From: Candidatus Eiseniibacteriota bacterium
Lineage (GTDB): Bacteria; Eisenbacteria; RBG-16-71-46; SZUA-252
Assembly (NCBI GenBank): GCA_031370645.1
Contig: JANMQV010000003.1
Location: 15,435 to 79,434, forward strand
DNA length: 64,000 nucleotides
Direction: 5' to 3'
The notes beneath the pieces were generated by a model, which saw only the letters and a list, made by a program, of their open reading frames with translations, was not told the DNA's origin and made no database searches. Shown piece by piece: positions 38,933-48,591 of this stretch (the first letter of the stretch is position 1; each line of letters begins with the position of its first letter). A program made the translations under genes and the position numbers.

Positions 38933-40036
38933 ATGGCTTCCGGTCCCGCGCTGGTCATCCGTCTCTCGTCGCTCGGCGACGTTCTCCTTGCCGCTCACCT
39001 TCCATCGCTCCTTCGCGCGGCTTCGCCCGGCCGGCGCGTCCTCTTCATGACGAAGGAGCGCTTCGCCGATATTCTCCGAGGGCATCCCGACATCGATCGC
39101 TTCTACGTCCTCGAGGACGGCTCGAGCGACCCGGCGGCGCCCGGGCCGCTCGGGGTGAAGGGAAGCTCGGGTGATTTCCGGCTCCCGCTTCGCCGCGAAG
39201 GAATCGAGGAGATCTTCGACCTTCAGCAGAATCTCCGCGCCTCCAACGCCACCCGTTCGCTCGAGAGCGCGAAGCGCGTTTCGTTCGAGAAGCACGGTAT
39301 TCGGCGTCGTCTCTTGGTCCATGCGCGTTGGCTTCACCCCGAGCCGCTCCCACCCCTTCTTCGTCGCTACCGCGTGGTGGCCGGGTTGCCGGAGTCGGCG
39401 CCGCTTCGTCCGTGGCTTCGTGACGCGCTTTCGGAAGGGGAGGTGGCTCGAGCCCGCGAACGACTCGGCCCGCTCGGGGAACGCGGCTTCGTTCTCATCG
39501 CGCCGGGTTCGCGATGGGCGACGAAGCGCTGGCCCGCGCGCCATGCGGCGGCGCTCGGCGCGCTCCTCGCTGAGAAGACGGGGTTGTCGGTGCGCTACGC
39601 GGTGGGACCCGACGACGAAGCGACCGCGAAGGAACTCGTGGCGCAACTCTCCGCTTCGGGGCGGATCGATTCCGGACCGGAGGCGATCCTCTCGCTCGGT
39701 ATTCGAGAGGCGGCGGCCGTGGCGGCGCGCGCGCGCGCGATCGTTTCCTCCGATTCGGCGCTTCTCCATTTCGGCCCCGCGCTCGGGGTGCCCGCGGTGG
39801 GACTCTTCGGGAGCACGGTCCCCGGCTTCGGTTTCGCCTCGGGCGAGCCGCGCGACGCCGTGGCGGAAGTGGACCTCCCGTGCCGCCCTTGCGACGTGCA
39901 TGGGAAGGATCGTTGCCCCCTTCGCCACCACGCCTGCATGGAGCGCCTCGAGCCGGCGCTCGTTTTCGAGCGGCTTCGCCCCCTCCTCGACGCCGCACGC
40001 GCTCCGGCGCGCCCCGCGGAGGCGACTCGCGCATGA
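38933..40036 (+). CDS. Glycosyltransferase family 9 (heptosyltransferase-like)
   Basis: IRLSSLGDV, DLQ, APGSRWATKRWP, DSALLH, LFGST, CRPC..C..CM. Confidence 0.88.
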   Translation: MASGPALVIRLSSLGDVLLAAHLPSLLRAASPGRRVLFMTKERFADILRGHPDIDRFYVLEDGSSDPAAPGPLGVKGSSGDFRLPLRREGIEEIFDLQQNLRASNATRSLESAKRVSFEKHGIRRRLLVHARWLHPEPLPPLLRRYRVVAGLPESAPLRPWLRDALSEGEVARARERLGPLGERGFVLIAPGSRWATKRWPARHAAALGALLAEKTGLSVRYAVGPDDEATAKELVAQLSASGRIDSGPEAILSLGIREAAAVAARARAIVSSDSALLHFGPALGVPAVGLFGSTVPGFGFASGEPRDAVAEVDLPCRPCDVHGKDRCPLRHHACMERLEPALVFERLRPLLDAARAPARPAEATRA

Positions 40037-40962
40037 CCGAGCTAGTCCTCATCACGGGACGAGATCCAGCGGCCCTCGCGCGCGCCGCCGAAAGCGCCAG
40101 CGGGGAACCGATCCCGTGGGTTCCTTCCGGCGACCCGCGCGCCTCCGAGACAACCGTCTGGTTCGCCAGCGGTACGATGCCGGAGCAGCCGCTCGAATTA
40201 CCGAAGCTTCGCTGGATTCAATCGGCGTGGGCGGGCGTCGATCGCTGGCTCTCGCGGCCCGAATGGAGCGGCAATGTCGTACTCACCCGCACCGTCGCCG
40301 ATTTCCCCGAACGAATTTCCGAATACGTCCTGGGGCAGGTTCTCGCCTTGACGCTCGACGTGCCGCGCTCGCGGCGGCAACAGACGGAGCGCGTTTGGTC
40401 GCGCTGGATTCCGGGGTCGCTTCGCGGGAAGGGAATGCTCATTGTCGGGTACGGCGCCATCGGATCGCGCGTGGCGGCCGCGGCGCGTTCGATGGGGATG
40501 AACGTCTTTGGAATTCGGCGCGGCCCCGTCGGTGACGAGGAGCGGAGCCGGCAAATCGAAAGCGCGGACGCTCTCTCAAGATTCCTGCCCCTATCGGACG
40601 TCGTCGTGAATCTCCTTCCGGCCACGCCGGAGACGGAGTCGTTCTGGTCGGCGGAGCGATTCGCGCTTTTTCCGGAGGGCGCGATCTTCGTGAACGCCTC
40701 CCGAGGCCGTTGCGTGGACGACGCGGCTCTCCTGGCGGCGCTCGATCGGAAACGCCCCGCGCGAGCGATCCTCGACGTCTTTCGCGAGGAGCCGCTCCCC
40801 GCGGAGCACCCCTACTGGAAGCACCCCTCCGTCTGGGTCACCCCCCACGTGGCGGGCCTCGGGGACGACGAAACGGAGGGCCGCGCGTTCGGCGAGAATT
40901 GGAAACGCCGGCGGGAAGGGAAGCCGTTGCTCCACATCGTGGAGCGCGATCGGGGCTACTGA
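40033..40962 (+). CDS. D-isomer-specific 2-hydroxyacid dehydrogenase
   Basis: WIQSAWAGVD, GYGAIG, NASRG, LDVFREEP, TPHVAG. Confidence 0.88.
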   Translation: MTELVLITGRDPAALARAAESASGEPIPWVPSGDPRASETTVWFASGTMPEQPLELPKLRWIQSAWAGVDRWLSRPEWSGNVVLTRTVADFPERISEYVLGQVLALTLDVPRSRRQQTERVWSRWIPGSLRGKGMLIVGYGAIGSRVAAAARSMGMNVFGIRRGPVGDEERSRQIESADALSRFLPLSDVVVNLLPATPETESFWSAERFALFPEGAIFVNASRGRCVDDAALLAALDRKRPARAILDVFREEPLPAEHPYWKHPSVWVTPHVAGLGDDETEGRAFGENWKRRREGKPLLHIVERDRGY

Positions 40963-41026
40963 TCGAGCCCCCTCCGGGACCCTCCCGGTCGCGCCCGGAG
41001 CCTCCTTTCGGATCCCTGGAAACCCC

Positions 41027-41054
41027 TTGATTCCGGGCGCTTGCGCGGCATAAT
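41027..41054 (+). promoter_or_regulatory. Sigma70-type promoter TTGATT-N16-CATAAT for tdh-kbl
   Basis: Hexamers read directly in the intergenic region. Confidence 0.5.
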
Positions 41055-41110
41055 CGCCGCAAGAGACCCACGTCGTCCCAATCCCCCGGGTCTCGTCGAG
41101 GAGACCAAGC

Positions 41111-42193
41111 GTGCCGCTTCAGACCACTCCGGAGCCAACCGTGAGTCACGATACGATGTGGGGCATCCAGAAGCCCTCCGCCGAACCCGGAATCAAACTG
41201 GTGACGGTTCCGGTCCCGACCGTCGGCGCCAAGGACGTTCGCATCCGCGTGACGGCCTTCGCGATATGCGGGACCGATCTCCACATCATCGAGTGGGACC
41301 GCTGGGCCGCGTCGCGCATCAGGCCGCCGCTCGTCTTCGGCCACGAGTTCACCGGTGTCGTCGAGTCGGTCGGCGACGACGTGACGCTCGTGAAACCGGG
41401 CGACCGCGTGACCGGCGAGACGCACATCTACTGCGGTCTCTGCTACGCCTGCCGTCGCGGCATGGCGCACCTCTGCCAGAACTGCAAGATCCTCGGCGTC
41501 GATCGCCAGGGGGCATTCGCCGATTACGTCGTCATTCCGGAAGGGAACGTTTGGAAGCTGCATCCCGACATCCCCGAGGAAATCGCCGCCGTGCACGATC
41601 CGCTCGGGAACGCGGTCCACACGGCGCTCGCCGGCCCGATCGCGGGGCTTCGCTTCGCGGTCTTCGGTTGCGGACCGATCGGCTGCTTCTCGGTCGGCAT
41701 TCTGAAAGCATCGGGCGCTTCCTGGGTGGCGGCGATCGACAAGAATCCGCTCCGGCTCGAACTGGCCGAGCGGATGGGCGCCGATCTCCTCTTGAACGCG
41801 GAGAAGGACAACATCGCCCGCTCCATTCTCGACCGGACCGAAGGGCGCGGCGTCGATGGGATGCTCGAGATGTCGGGGCATCCGCAAGCGTTTCGCGACG
41901 GGTTCGACGCGCTGGCCAATGGGGGACGGGTTTCCCTCCTCGGCATTCCGTCCGCGCCGCTCGAGATCGACGTGGCGAAGGAGATCATCTTCCGCGGCGT
42001 GACCGTCCAGGGAATCAACGGCCGGCTCATCTTCGACACCTGGTACCGCATGGAGGCGCTTCTGCTTTCCGGGAAGCTCGACATCCGCCCCGTCATCACG
42101 CACGTCCTCGGCTGGTCCGAGTTCGAGAAGGCGGTGGAACTCCAGCGGTCGGGGAAGGCGGGGAAGATCGTGCTGAAAAGGGATCACGCGTGA
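41111..42193 (+). CDS. tdh: L-threonine 3-dehydrogenase
   Basis: ICGTDLHI, GHEF, GETH, structural Zn CxxCxxC..C, GCGPIG, LEMSG; coupled to kbl. Confidence 0.93.
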   Translation: MPLQTTPEPTVSHDTMWGIQKPSAEPGIKLVTVPVPTVGAKDVRIRVTAFAICGTDLHIIEWDRWAASRIRPPLVFGHEFTGVVESVGDDVTLVKPGDRVTGETHIYCGLCYACRRGMAHLCQNCKILGVDRQGAFADYVVIPEGNVWKLHPDIPEEIAAVHDPLGNAVHTALAGPIAGLRFAVFGCGPIGCFSVGILKASGASWVAAIDKNPLRLELAERMGADLLLNAEKDNIARSILDRTEGRGVDGMLEMSGHPQAFRDGFDALANGGRVSLLGIPSAPLEIDVAKEIIFRGVTVQGINGRLIFDTWYRMEALLLSGKLDIRPVITHVLGWSEFEKAVELQRSGKAGKIVLKRDHA

Positions 42194-43401
42194 GCGCCGC
42201 GACCCCGGAGAGCCAGACGGCCGCCAATCCGCTTCACTTCCTCGACGAAGCGCTCCAGGAGATGAAGCGAGACGGTCTCTATCGCCGTCTTCGAATCCTG
42301 GACGGCGAGCAGAAGGCGCACGCTCGCTTCGACGGCCGGGAGGTGGTGAATCTCTCCTCGAACAACTATCTCGGCCTCACGACGCATCCAAAACTCCGCG
42401 AGGCGGCGCTTCGCGCGGTGAAGGAGCTGGGCGTCGGATCGGGCTCGGTGCGGACGATCGCCGGCACGATGGAACTCCACATGGAGCTCGAGCGACGTAT
42501 CGCCGCGTTCAAGAAGACCGAAGCCGCCGTCGTCTTTCAGAGCGGCTTCGCGGCGAACGCGGGGACCGTCTCGGCGATCCTCGGCAAGGAAGATCTCATT
42601 CTCTCCGACGAACTGAACCACGCGAGCATCATCGACGGCGCGCGCTTGAGCCGCGCCACCATCAAAGTCTTTCCGCACCGCGACGTCGCCGCCCTCCGTC
42701 GCCTCCTCGAGGAGACGAAGGAATTCAAGCGCCGCCTCGTCATCACCGACGGCGTCTTCAGCATGGAGGGCGATATCGCGCCGCTTCGGGAGATCACCGC
42801 CGCCGCGCGCGAGCATGGCGCGATCATGATGGTCGACGACGCGCATTCGAGCGGGGTCCTCGGGCGAAACGGTCGGGGAACGATCGATCACTTCGATCTC
42901 CACGGACAGGTCGACATCCAGGTCGGCACCTTGTCGAAGGCGATCGGCGTGCTCGGCGGATACGTCTGCGGCACGAAGTCGCTCATCGACTACCTCCACC
43001 ACCGGGCGCGACCCTTCCTGTTCAGCACGTCCCATCCGCCGGCGGTCGCCGCCGCTTGCCTCGCGGCCTTCGACGTGTTGGAGGAGGAGCCGGAGCGGAT
43101 CGAGCGCCTCTGGACGAACACCAAGCGCTTCAAGGCAGGGCTCGCACGGCTCGGCTTCAACACCGGCATCAGCGAGACGCCCATCACGCCGATCATCGTC
43201 GGCGAAGCCGAGATGGCGATGGGATTCTCGGACAAGCTCTTCGAGCGCGGAATTTTCGCGCAGGGAATCGGCTTCCCGACGGTGGCGAAGGGGAAGGCGC
43301 GGCTTCGGACCATCGTGACCGCTACCCACACCGAGGCGGAACTCGACCAGGCGCTCGAAACGCTCGGAACCGTGGGACGCGACCTCGGCATCGTCCGGTA
43401 G
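42190..43401 (+). CDS. kbl: Glycine C-acetyltransferase (2-amino-3-ketobutyrate CoA ligase)
   Basis: SSNNYLGL, SDELNHASIIDG, DGVFSM, DDAH, TLSKA, RARPFLFST; follows tdh. Confidence 0.9.
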   Translation: MSAATPESQTAANPLHFLDEALQEMKRDGLYRRLRILDGEQKAHARFDGREVVNLSSNNYLGLTTHPKLREAALRAVKELGVGSGSVRTIAGTMELHMELERRIAAFKKTEAAVVFQSGFAANAGTVSAILGKEDLILSDELNHASIIDGARLSRATIKVFPHRDVAALRRLLEETKEFKRRLVITDGVFSMEGDIAPLREITAAAREHGAIMMVDDAHSSGVLGRNGRGTIDHFDLHGQVDIQVGTLSKAIGVLGGYVCGTKSLIDYLHHRARPFLFSTSHPPAVAAACLAAFDVLEEEPERIERLWTNTKRFKAGLARLGFNTGISETPITPIIVGEAEMAMGFSDKLFERGIFAQGIGFPTVAKGKARLRTIVTATHTEAELDQALETLGTVGRDLGIVR

Positions 43402-43417
43402 CGCGCGCGAGGACACC

Positions 43418-44425
43418 GTGCCGCCGCCCGGTGCCGGTCCGCTCCTCGTTCGATTGCCGAACTGGCTCGGCGATCTCATTCTTGCCTGGCCGGTGCTCGA
43501 TGCCGCCGCGAACGGACCGGTGCTCTTCGTGGGACAGGGAGCGTTCGAACCGCTCGTCACCGCGCGGTATCCCCACGTCCGCTATGTCTCCTGGAGCCGC
43601 TCCACGCGGTATTCGCTCGCGGGGGTGATTCGCCGCGAACGCCCCCGCGCGGCACTCCTCTTGACGGATTCGTTCTCGTCCGCGCTTCTCGTCCTCCTGG
43701 CCGGAATTCCCCTGCGCATCGGATACGCCGCGGAGGGGCGAACGCTTCTTCTCACGAAGCGGGTCCGTCGCGAAGCGCCATCGCGCTTCACGGCGCGCGC
43801 CGACGAGTACCGCGCGCTCGCTCGTGCCGCGGGCCTCGTGGTGGAGAGTCGTCCTCCGTCGCTTTCGGTCACCGTCGGGGAGCGACGCAGCGCGCACGAT
43901 CTTCTCTCTCGCCGCGGAATCTCGGATGCTGGGGGATCGGTGGTGGTTGCCCCCGGCGCGGCCTACGGTCCCGCCAAGCAGTGGGGGCCCGATCGCTTCG
44001 GAGAAGCGGCCGCGACGATCGCGGCGCCGCGTGGGTGGCCGGTACTCACCGTCGGATCGGTGGCCGATCGCGCCGCCGGAGCCGAAGTTACCGCGCGGGT
44101 CCTCGCCGCGGGGGCGAACGCTTTCGATCTCACGGGCGTCACGTCGCTCGCGGAACTCGTCGGGATTCTCGCCGAGTCTTCGCTCGTCCTCACGAACGAT
44201 TCTGGCGTCATGCACCTCGCCGCCGCGCTCGGTCGCCCGACGGTGGCGCTCTTCGGTTCGACGAGCCCAGTCTGGACCTCCGCGTCCGCGCCGTGGGTCG
44301 CGAATCTCTACGCCGCCTATCCCTGCTCTCCCTGTTATCGCCGCACCTGCCCGATCGGGTACGGCTGCCTGCGGGCCATTCATCCGTCGCGCGCGATCGA
44401 GGCGGCCACGCGGCTCCTCTCGTGA
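43418..44425 (+). CDS. waaF: Lipopolysaccharide heptosyltransferase II (GT9)
   Basis: RLPNWLGD, SFSSAL, PGAAYGPAKQW, NDSGVMHLAAA, CSPC..RTCP. Confidence 0.88.
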   Translation: MPPPGAGPLLVRLPNWLGDLILAWPVLDAAANGPVLFVGQGAFEPLVTARYPHVRYVSWSRSTRYSLAGVIRRERPRAALLLTDSFSSALLVLLAGIPLRIGYAAEGRTLLLTKRVRREAPSRFTARADEYRALARAAGLVVESRPPSLSVTVGERRSAHDLLSRRGISDAGGSVVVAPGAAYGPAKQWGPDRFGEAAATIAAPRGWPVLTVGSVADRAAGAEVTARVLAAGANAFDLTGVTSLAELVGILAESSLVLTNDSGVMHLAAALGRPTVALFGSTSPVWTSASAPWVANLYAAYPCSPCYRRTCPIGYGCLRAIHPSRAIEAATRLLS

Positions 44426-45447
44426 GCCAAACCGCCTCGACCGTGGCCGCAAGTGTGGGCCGCGGCGATCGTGCCGGCGTCGCTCTGGTCGACTGTTTCT
44501 TCGCCCTCCGCCCGCTACTCTGGATTCCCGCGATCGCACTATTTGAGGCCGGACGAACGGAAGCAGGCGGTTCCTGGTGGCCCCCGGTACGCGCGCTCCC
44601 ACCGTTGGCGTCGCTGCTCGCGCTCCTCGGCGCGGTCCACCTTGCCAACGGGTGGAACGATCGCGCCGGAGACCGCCTGAATCGTAAGGGGGGCCTCGTT
44701 GCGACGGGCGCGATTCCAGGGCGGGATCTCGCGATCGGGGCCGTTCTCCTCGTCGTGCTCGGGGCGGCGCTGGCCTCATGTCCAGTCGTGACCTCCGCCG
44801 CTCGAATCTGGCTCGTGGCCGCGCTCGCGCTCGGAGCCGCGTATGTCCTTCCACCCTTCGAGTGGAAGCGCCGTCCCGCGCTCGACCTCCTCTCCCAGGC
44901 GGCCGGCTACGGCCTGGTGGCGTATTGCCTCGGCACGGAGTCGGCGATCCGGGATCCCGCTCTCTCGGACGGCAGGTGGCTCCGCGCCGCGCCTTACGCG
45001 CTCGGCATCGCGACGGTAGGGTTGGTCACGATGCTCGCCGATCGCGCGGGAGACGAAGCGGTGGGGCAGCGAACGACGGCCGTGGCCCTCGGCGCTCCGC
45101 GAACGGAGCGCGTGGCTCAGGGCCTGGCGACCGTGACCTCGTTCGCGGGGCTATTCGCCGGCGCCTGGGCGCCGGCGCTCTGGGGCTTCATCGCGCTCGC
45201 GCTGTTGTGCCTCGGCGACTTCACGGGTGCACCGCGGGCCGGCCGGTGGAACCAGGTCGCGGTCTCACTCCAGGTGGCGTTCGTCATCCTTCTCCTGCCG
45301 CGGACACCGTTGCCGCTCATCGCCGCCGGCGCCATCGGGGTCGCGGTCGCGACGTACGACCGGGCGCGCGGAGGGCGGGGATACCCGTGGAGCGTGATGA
45401 CGACCGGGCGTGGCGAATCGGAGGAAGGAAGCGCGATCCGCCGTTAG
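44422..45447 (+). CDS. UbiA family prenyltransferase
   Basis: Multi-TM; NGWNDRAGD and LADRAGD..G..TT Asp-rich motifs; YxxPPxxxKxxP. Confidence 0.8.
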   Translation: MSQTASTVAASVGRGDRAGVALVDCFFALRPLLWIPAIALFEAGRTEAGGSWWPPVRALPPLASLLALLGAVHLANGWNDRAGDRLNRKGGLVATGAIPGRDLAIGAVLLVVLGAALASCPVVTSAARIWLVAALALGAAYVLPPFEWKRRPALDLLSQAAGYGLVAYCLGTESAIRDPALSDGRWLRAAPYALGIATVGLVTMLADRAGDEAVGQRTTAVALGAPRTERVAQGLATVTSFAGLFAGAWAPALWGFIALALLCLGDFTGAPRAGRWNQVAVSLQVAFVILLLPRTPLPLIAAGAIGVAVATYDRARGGRGYPWSVMTTGRGESEEGSAIRR

Positions 45448-46541
45448 CGGACGACGCGCGTGTAGCTCGTTCCGTCGGTCTGGTAGAGGTACCGCGCCAC
45501 GACGCGCGTGGCGTCTTCGGTCGGCAGGAATCCTTCGCGACCGAGCGACGCCAACTCGGCCGGGTAACGACCGTGAACGGAGCGATAGGTCTCGAGCGCC
45601 ACGGTCAGACGGGCCGCGTCGTTCACCGTCGCGATTTCAGGCGCGTGGGTCATGACCGGCGCCGTCGGTTCGGCGGCGAGGCGCGTCATGAGCACCGGTG
45701 TGGCCCAAAGCCCGATGGCGATCGAGGCTGCGAGCGCGAATCCGCCGACCGCAAGGGCGATTCCCCCCCCGGGCTCCGCGGGCTTCGGCTGAAGCGCCGG
45801 GGTCGCGAGCGAGGCGCCGCGCTGCGGCACCGCGCCGAGCGAAACCTCGATGACCCCGATCTCGAGAAGATGATGGAGCGCTTCGAACGCCTCGAATTCC
45901 ACGAGCTTCGACTGCGCGACCACGTCCCGCAGGGGCCGGAGCCCGTCGACGAGCGGAATCATGCGGCGCTCGGCGTCGGTGAACTCCTTCGGCGGGGCGG
46001 CGAGCGGCTTCGGACGAAGCACCATCGCCGGACTCGAAAAGGTCTCCCGGTAGCGCGCCATCTCGTCCATCCGGCGCATGCTCTCCATCAGAAGTCCTTC
46101 GGTGTTGAGCCGCACGTTCACCGCGAACTTCGGAACCGTCCTCGCGTCGCCGGAGAAATTGTACTGCCCGGTCTTCCAGGTCAGGAGCTGGTGGAGCGTG
46201 TCCTGGATCTGGTCCTCCACCGCGCGGCCGAGGTCGTCGCTCGTCGTGTAGTTGCCGGTGAGGAGGATGTCGGTCAGCTCGCGGCGGCTTTCGACCTCGA
46301 TCGTTTCGATTTGTTTCAATTGCGCGTCGGTCAGCCGCCCGGTCTTCACGAGGAACGGCTTCAGCGGATCCTTCGCGTTCCGCCGCCGGTCGCGCGTCGA
46401 GACGATGCGACCTGCTTCGAAGAAGATGACCGCCACGTCGTCGCCGGAAGTGAGGCGGAGCACGCCCGACTTCTGCTGCACGGCGATCAGCTGGAGGATC
46501 TCCGGGAGGCTGAAGGTTTCGAGATTTCCTTGGAGGCCCAT
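45444..46541 (-). CDS. DUF4388 (PATAN-like) domain protein with C-terminal TM helix and pseudopilin-like tail
   Basis: LQGNLETFSLPEILQLI..KSGVL, LLTWKTGQY.F, LLMESMRRMDE; TM; ALETY...GRYP..L..L; GTG 46550 is an alternative start. Confidence 0.8.
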   Translation of the reverse strand: MGLQGNLETFSLPEILQLIAVQQKSGVLRLTSGDDVAVIFFEAGRIVSTRDRRRNAKDPLKPFLVKTGRLTDAQLKQIETIEVESRRELTDILLTGNYTTSDDLGRAVEDQIQDTLHQLLTWKTGQYNFSGDARTVPKFAVNVRLNTEGLLMESMRRMDEMARYRETFSSPAMVLRPKPLAAPPKEFTDAERRMIPLVDGLRPLRDVVAQSKLVEFEAFEALHHLLEIGVIEVSLGAVPQRGASLATPALQPKPAEPGGGIALAVGGFALAASIAIGLWATPVLMTRLAAEPTAPVMTHAPEIATVNDAARLTVALETYRSVHGRYPAELASLGREGFLPTEDATRVVARYLYQTDGTSYTRVVR

Positions 46542-46546
46542 GAATC

Positions 46547-48478
46547 TCACCCTCGGCGCGCGCGCTCGCGCGGCTCGCTGCTACGCGCGGCGGAACGGGC
46601 CGCGTTTCCGGTCAAGCCGGTCTCCCGACTCGTCGTGGTGGCGAAGTAGCGCGCGACGGTGATCGCGTAGGTCACGAGGAAGAGAATCAAAAGCGGCAAT
46701 CGCTTCATCCATCCCGCGCCCGGAATCGGAAGAACGTCCAGGCTCGGGACGAGAGCGCCGTTCGGAATGACGAGCATGGCGGCCGTGACCATCACGAGGA
46801 TGGCCAGGAAACCGCTCAGCGCGGCGCCACGAAGCATCTGACCGGCGCCGGGAATGAGGAACGTCAGGGTGGCCTGGCCCATCGTGCGGCGGCGCGCCGA
46901 GGTGCGGTCGCGCTTCGTCAGGAGGAGCCGGGTGAATTCGGTCGATTTGAGGTCCTTCACGGAGTGGTAACAGTCCTCGCAGAAGGCGCGCTGCTGCATG
47001 CGGCGGACACAGCGCCGGCAGACGATCCGCTGGCAGTTGGAGCAGGGGATCGTGGAGAGACTCCGTCCGGCGATCTGGCCGGCCGCCGCGAAAATGAGGA
47101 AGAGCGCAGGGACGAAGACAAGGGCGAACGACGAGCCCGGCTGAAGCGACGCGGCGAAAGAGAGCCAACGGTTTCCCTCGAGCGCCGCGATGCCCTGCTC
47201 GGCCGAATGGCGCCGCGCCAGCGTCCAGAGTTCCTCGGCCGGAGCGGCCGCGTCCATGACGGTTCGGTTCAGTTGGGGCGTCGTCCACCGGCTGAAGTCG
47301 CGAACGCGGTCAAACGCGAGCCCGGTGGCTTTCGCCTGCTCGCGAGTCGCTTCGGTGAAGAGGAGCTGCTTCGTGTAGACCTGCGCCAGGTTGTAGTGCG
47401 GCTCGACGGCGGATGGATTCGCGGCCGCCGCCGTCTCGTACCACTGGCGGGCGTGATCGAAGTCCTCGCGAGCGAAATAGACGTTGCCGAGATTGGTAAG
47501 GATCCAGGAGTTCCGGGGCCGGAGGACCGCCGCGCGCGTCAGTTCACGCTCGGCCAAGTCGAGGTCGCCGCCCCGGCGTGCCTGCGTGCCGAGAGCGAAC
47601 GCGTAGAGCGCCTCTTTGGGATCGACGTCCTGCCACGCGTGGAGCGCCGCCGCCAGGTCGGCGTCGTAGCCGCTATTGAGCGACCGATCGACGAGGAGGC
47701 TCGGCTCTTCCAGAGAAGGAGCCCCGGCCCACGGGGCGAGCAGCGGCATTCCTCCCGCGAGCGCCAGCGTCGAGGCGAGGAAGAGGAGGACGAGGAACCA
47801 TTCGCGTTTTCCGAGCCGGAACGAGATCAACCCCGCGTAGAGCCCGGCGGTCGGAATCGCCCCGAGTCCCCAGGCACACGGGGCAAGAGCGATCATCATG
47901 GAGCCGATCCGGCCTGCCGAGGAGGCGCCGGCGTGGAAGGTCTCCTGGAGAATATGGATCAGGTGGGGCAGATGCCGAAGGGTGATGCCGGCGATCGCGA
48001 GCAGGAGCCCGATGGTCCAGACGATCGTGATCCCGGTCAGGAAATTCGCGAGAAGGTGGCGTTGCCACGCGTAGCCGCGGCCCAAGATGCGGAATGCCTC
48101 GCTCCATTCGGAGACCGCGCGACCTGGATCGTCGAACAATATGATTCGGGCGATCGTGAAGTGCGCGTCGGGGAACGAAGGGTCGAAGAGGCTCGAGGCT
48201 TCGAGGAGGCGAATCGCCTCGGCCTTCTGGCCCTTGCTGGAGGCGGCCAGCGCCGCGCGGTAGCAGCCTTGCGCGGAAGGAAGGTCCCGGGTGATCCCCG
48301 CATCCCACTTATGTTCGAGGGCGCGCTGAATCTCGTCGGCGGACCAGGCGGCCCTGGCGGAAGGGGCCAATGTGGCGGCCAGCGCGAGCAGGGACACGAC
48401 GAGCCCCGCCGCGACCCGAGTGCGTGCGGCGGAACCGACCGATGAACCGACCGAAGGGAAATCACGGCATCGCGCCAC
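46547..48478 (-). CDS. Multi-pass membrane TPR protein with Cys6 zinc finger
   Basis: Signal-like N-terminus, TPRs (NLGNVYF, HYNLAQ), several TM helices, CSNC..VCRRC..FCEDC, LIPGAGQ. Confidence 0.8.
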   Translation of the reverse strand: MARCRDFPSVGSSVGSAARTRVAAGLVVSLLALAATLAPSARAAWSADEIQRALEHKWDAGITRDLPSAQGCYRAALAASSKGQKAEAIRLLEASSLFDPSFPDAHFTIARIILFDDPGRAVSEWSEAFRILGRGYAWQRHLLANFLTGITIVWTIGLLLAIAGITLRHLPHLIHILQETFHAGASSAGRIGSMMIALAPCAWGLGAIPTAGLYAGLISFRLGKREWFLVLLFLASTLALAGGMPLLAPWAGAPSLEEPSLLVDRSLNSGYDADLAAALHAWQDVDPKEALYAFALGTQARRGGDLDLAERELTRAAVLRPRNSWILTNLGNVYFAREDFDHARQWYETAAAANPSAVEPHYNLAQVYTKQLLFTEATREQAKATGLAFDRVRDFSRWTTPQLNRTVMDAAAPAEELWTLARRHSAEQGIAALEGNRWLSFAASLQPGSSFALVFVPALFLIFAAAGQIAGRSLSTIPCSNCQRIVCRRCVRRMQQRAFCEDCYHSVKDLKSTEFTRLLLTKRDRTSARRRTMGQATLTFLIPGAGQMLRGAALSGFLAILVMVTAAMLVIPNGALVPSLDVLPIPGAGWMKRLPLLILFLVTYAITVARYFATTTSRETGLTGNAARSAARSSEPRERARRG

Positions 48479-48484
48479 GGCGGC

Positions 48485-48514
48485 ACGTTAGTCGTCCCCG
48501 AAACGGGGTGTCAA
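48485..48514 (-). promoter_or_regulatory. Sigma70-type promoter TTGACA-N18-TAACGT (minus strand)
   Basis: Reverse complement read directly; -10 ends 6 nt before GTG 48478. Confidence 0.6.
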
Positions 48515-48530
48515 GGGAATTGTCCCCGCA

Positions 48531-48539
48531 TGCTATTCT
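48531..48539 (+). promoter_or_regulatory. Possible extended -10 TGCTATTCT for asnS
   Basis: TGnTAnnnT in the divergent intergenic region. Confidence 0.4.
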
Positions 48540-48591
48540 CGGCGGCTCGAGAAACACCCACACGACGGATCGATGGAGGCTCGGAACCGAC

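Noticed and set aside
41041..43401. 786-aa ORF suggesting an N-terminally extended or fused Kbl
   Set aside because: The extension is a shadow frame over tdh; real kbl starts at GTG 42190 with a GTGA overlap. The same applies to extended ORFs for the sigma54 activator, mcsB, clpC, purF, waaA and asnS
42190..43401. bioF or serine palmitoyltransferase identity for the PLP enzyme
   Set aside because: Coupling to tdh and the RARPFLFST motif favour glycine C-acetyltransferase
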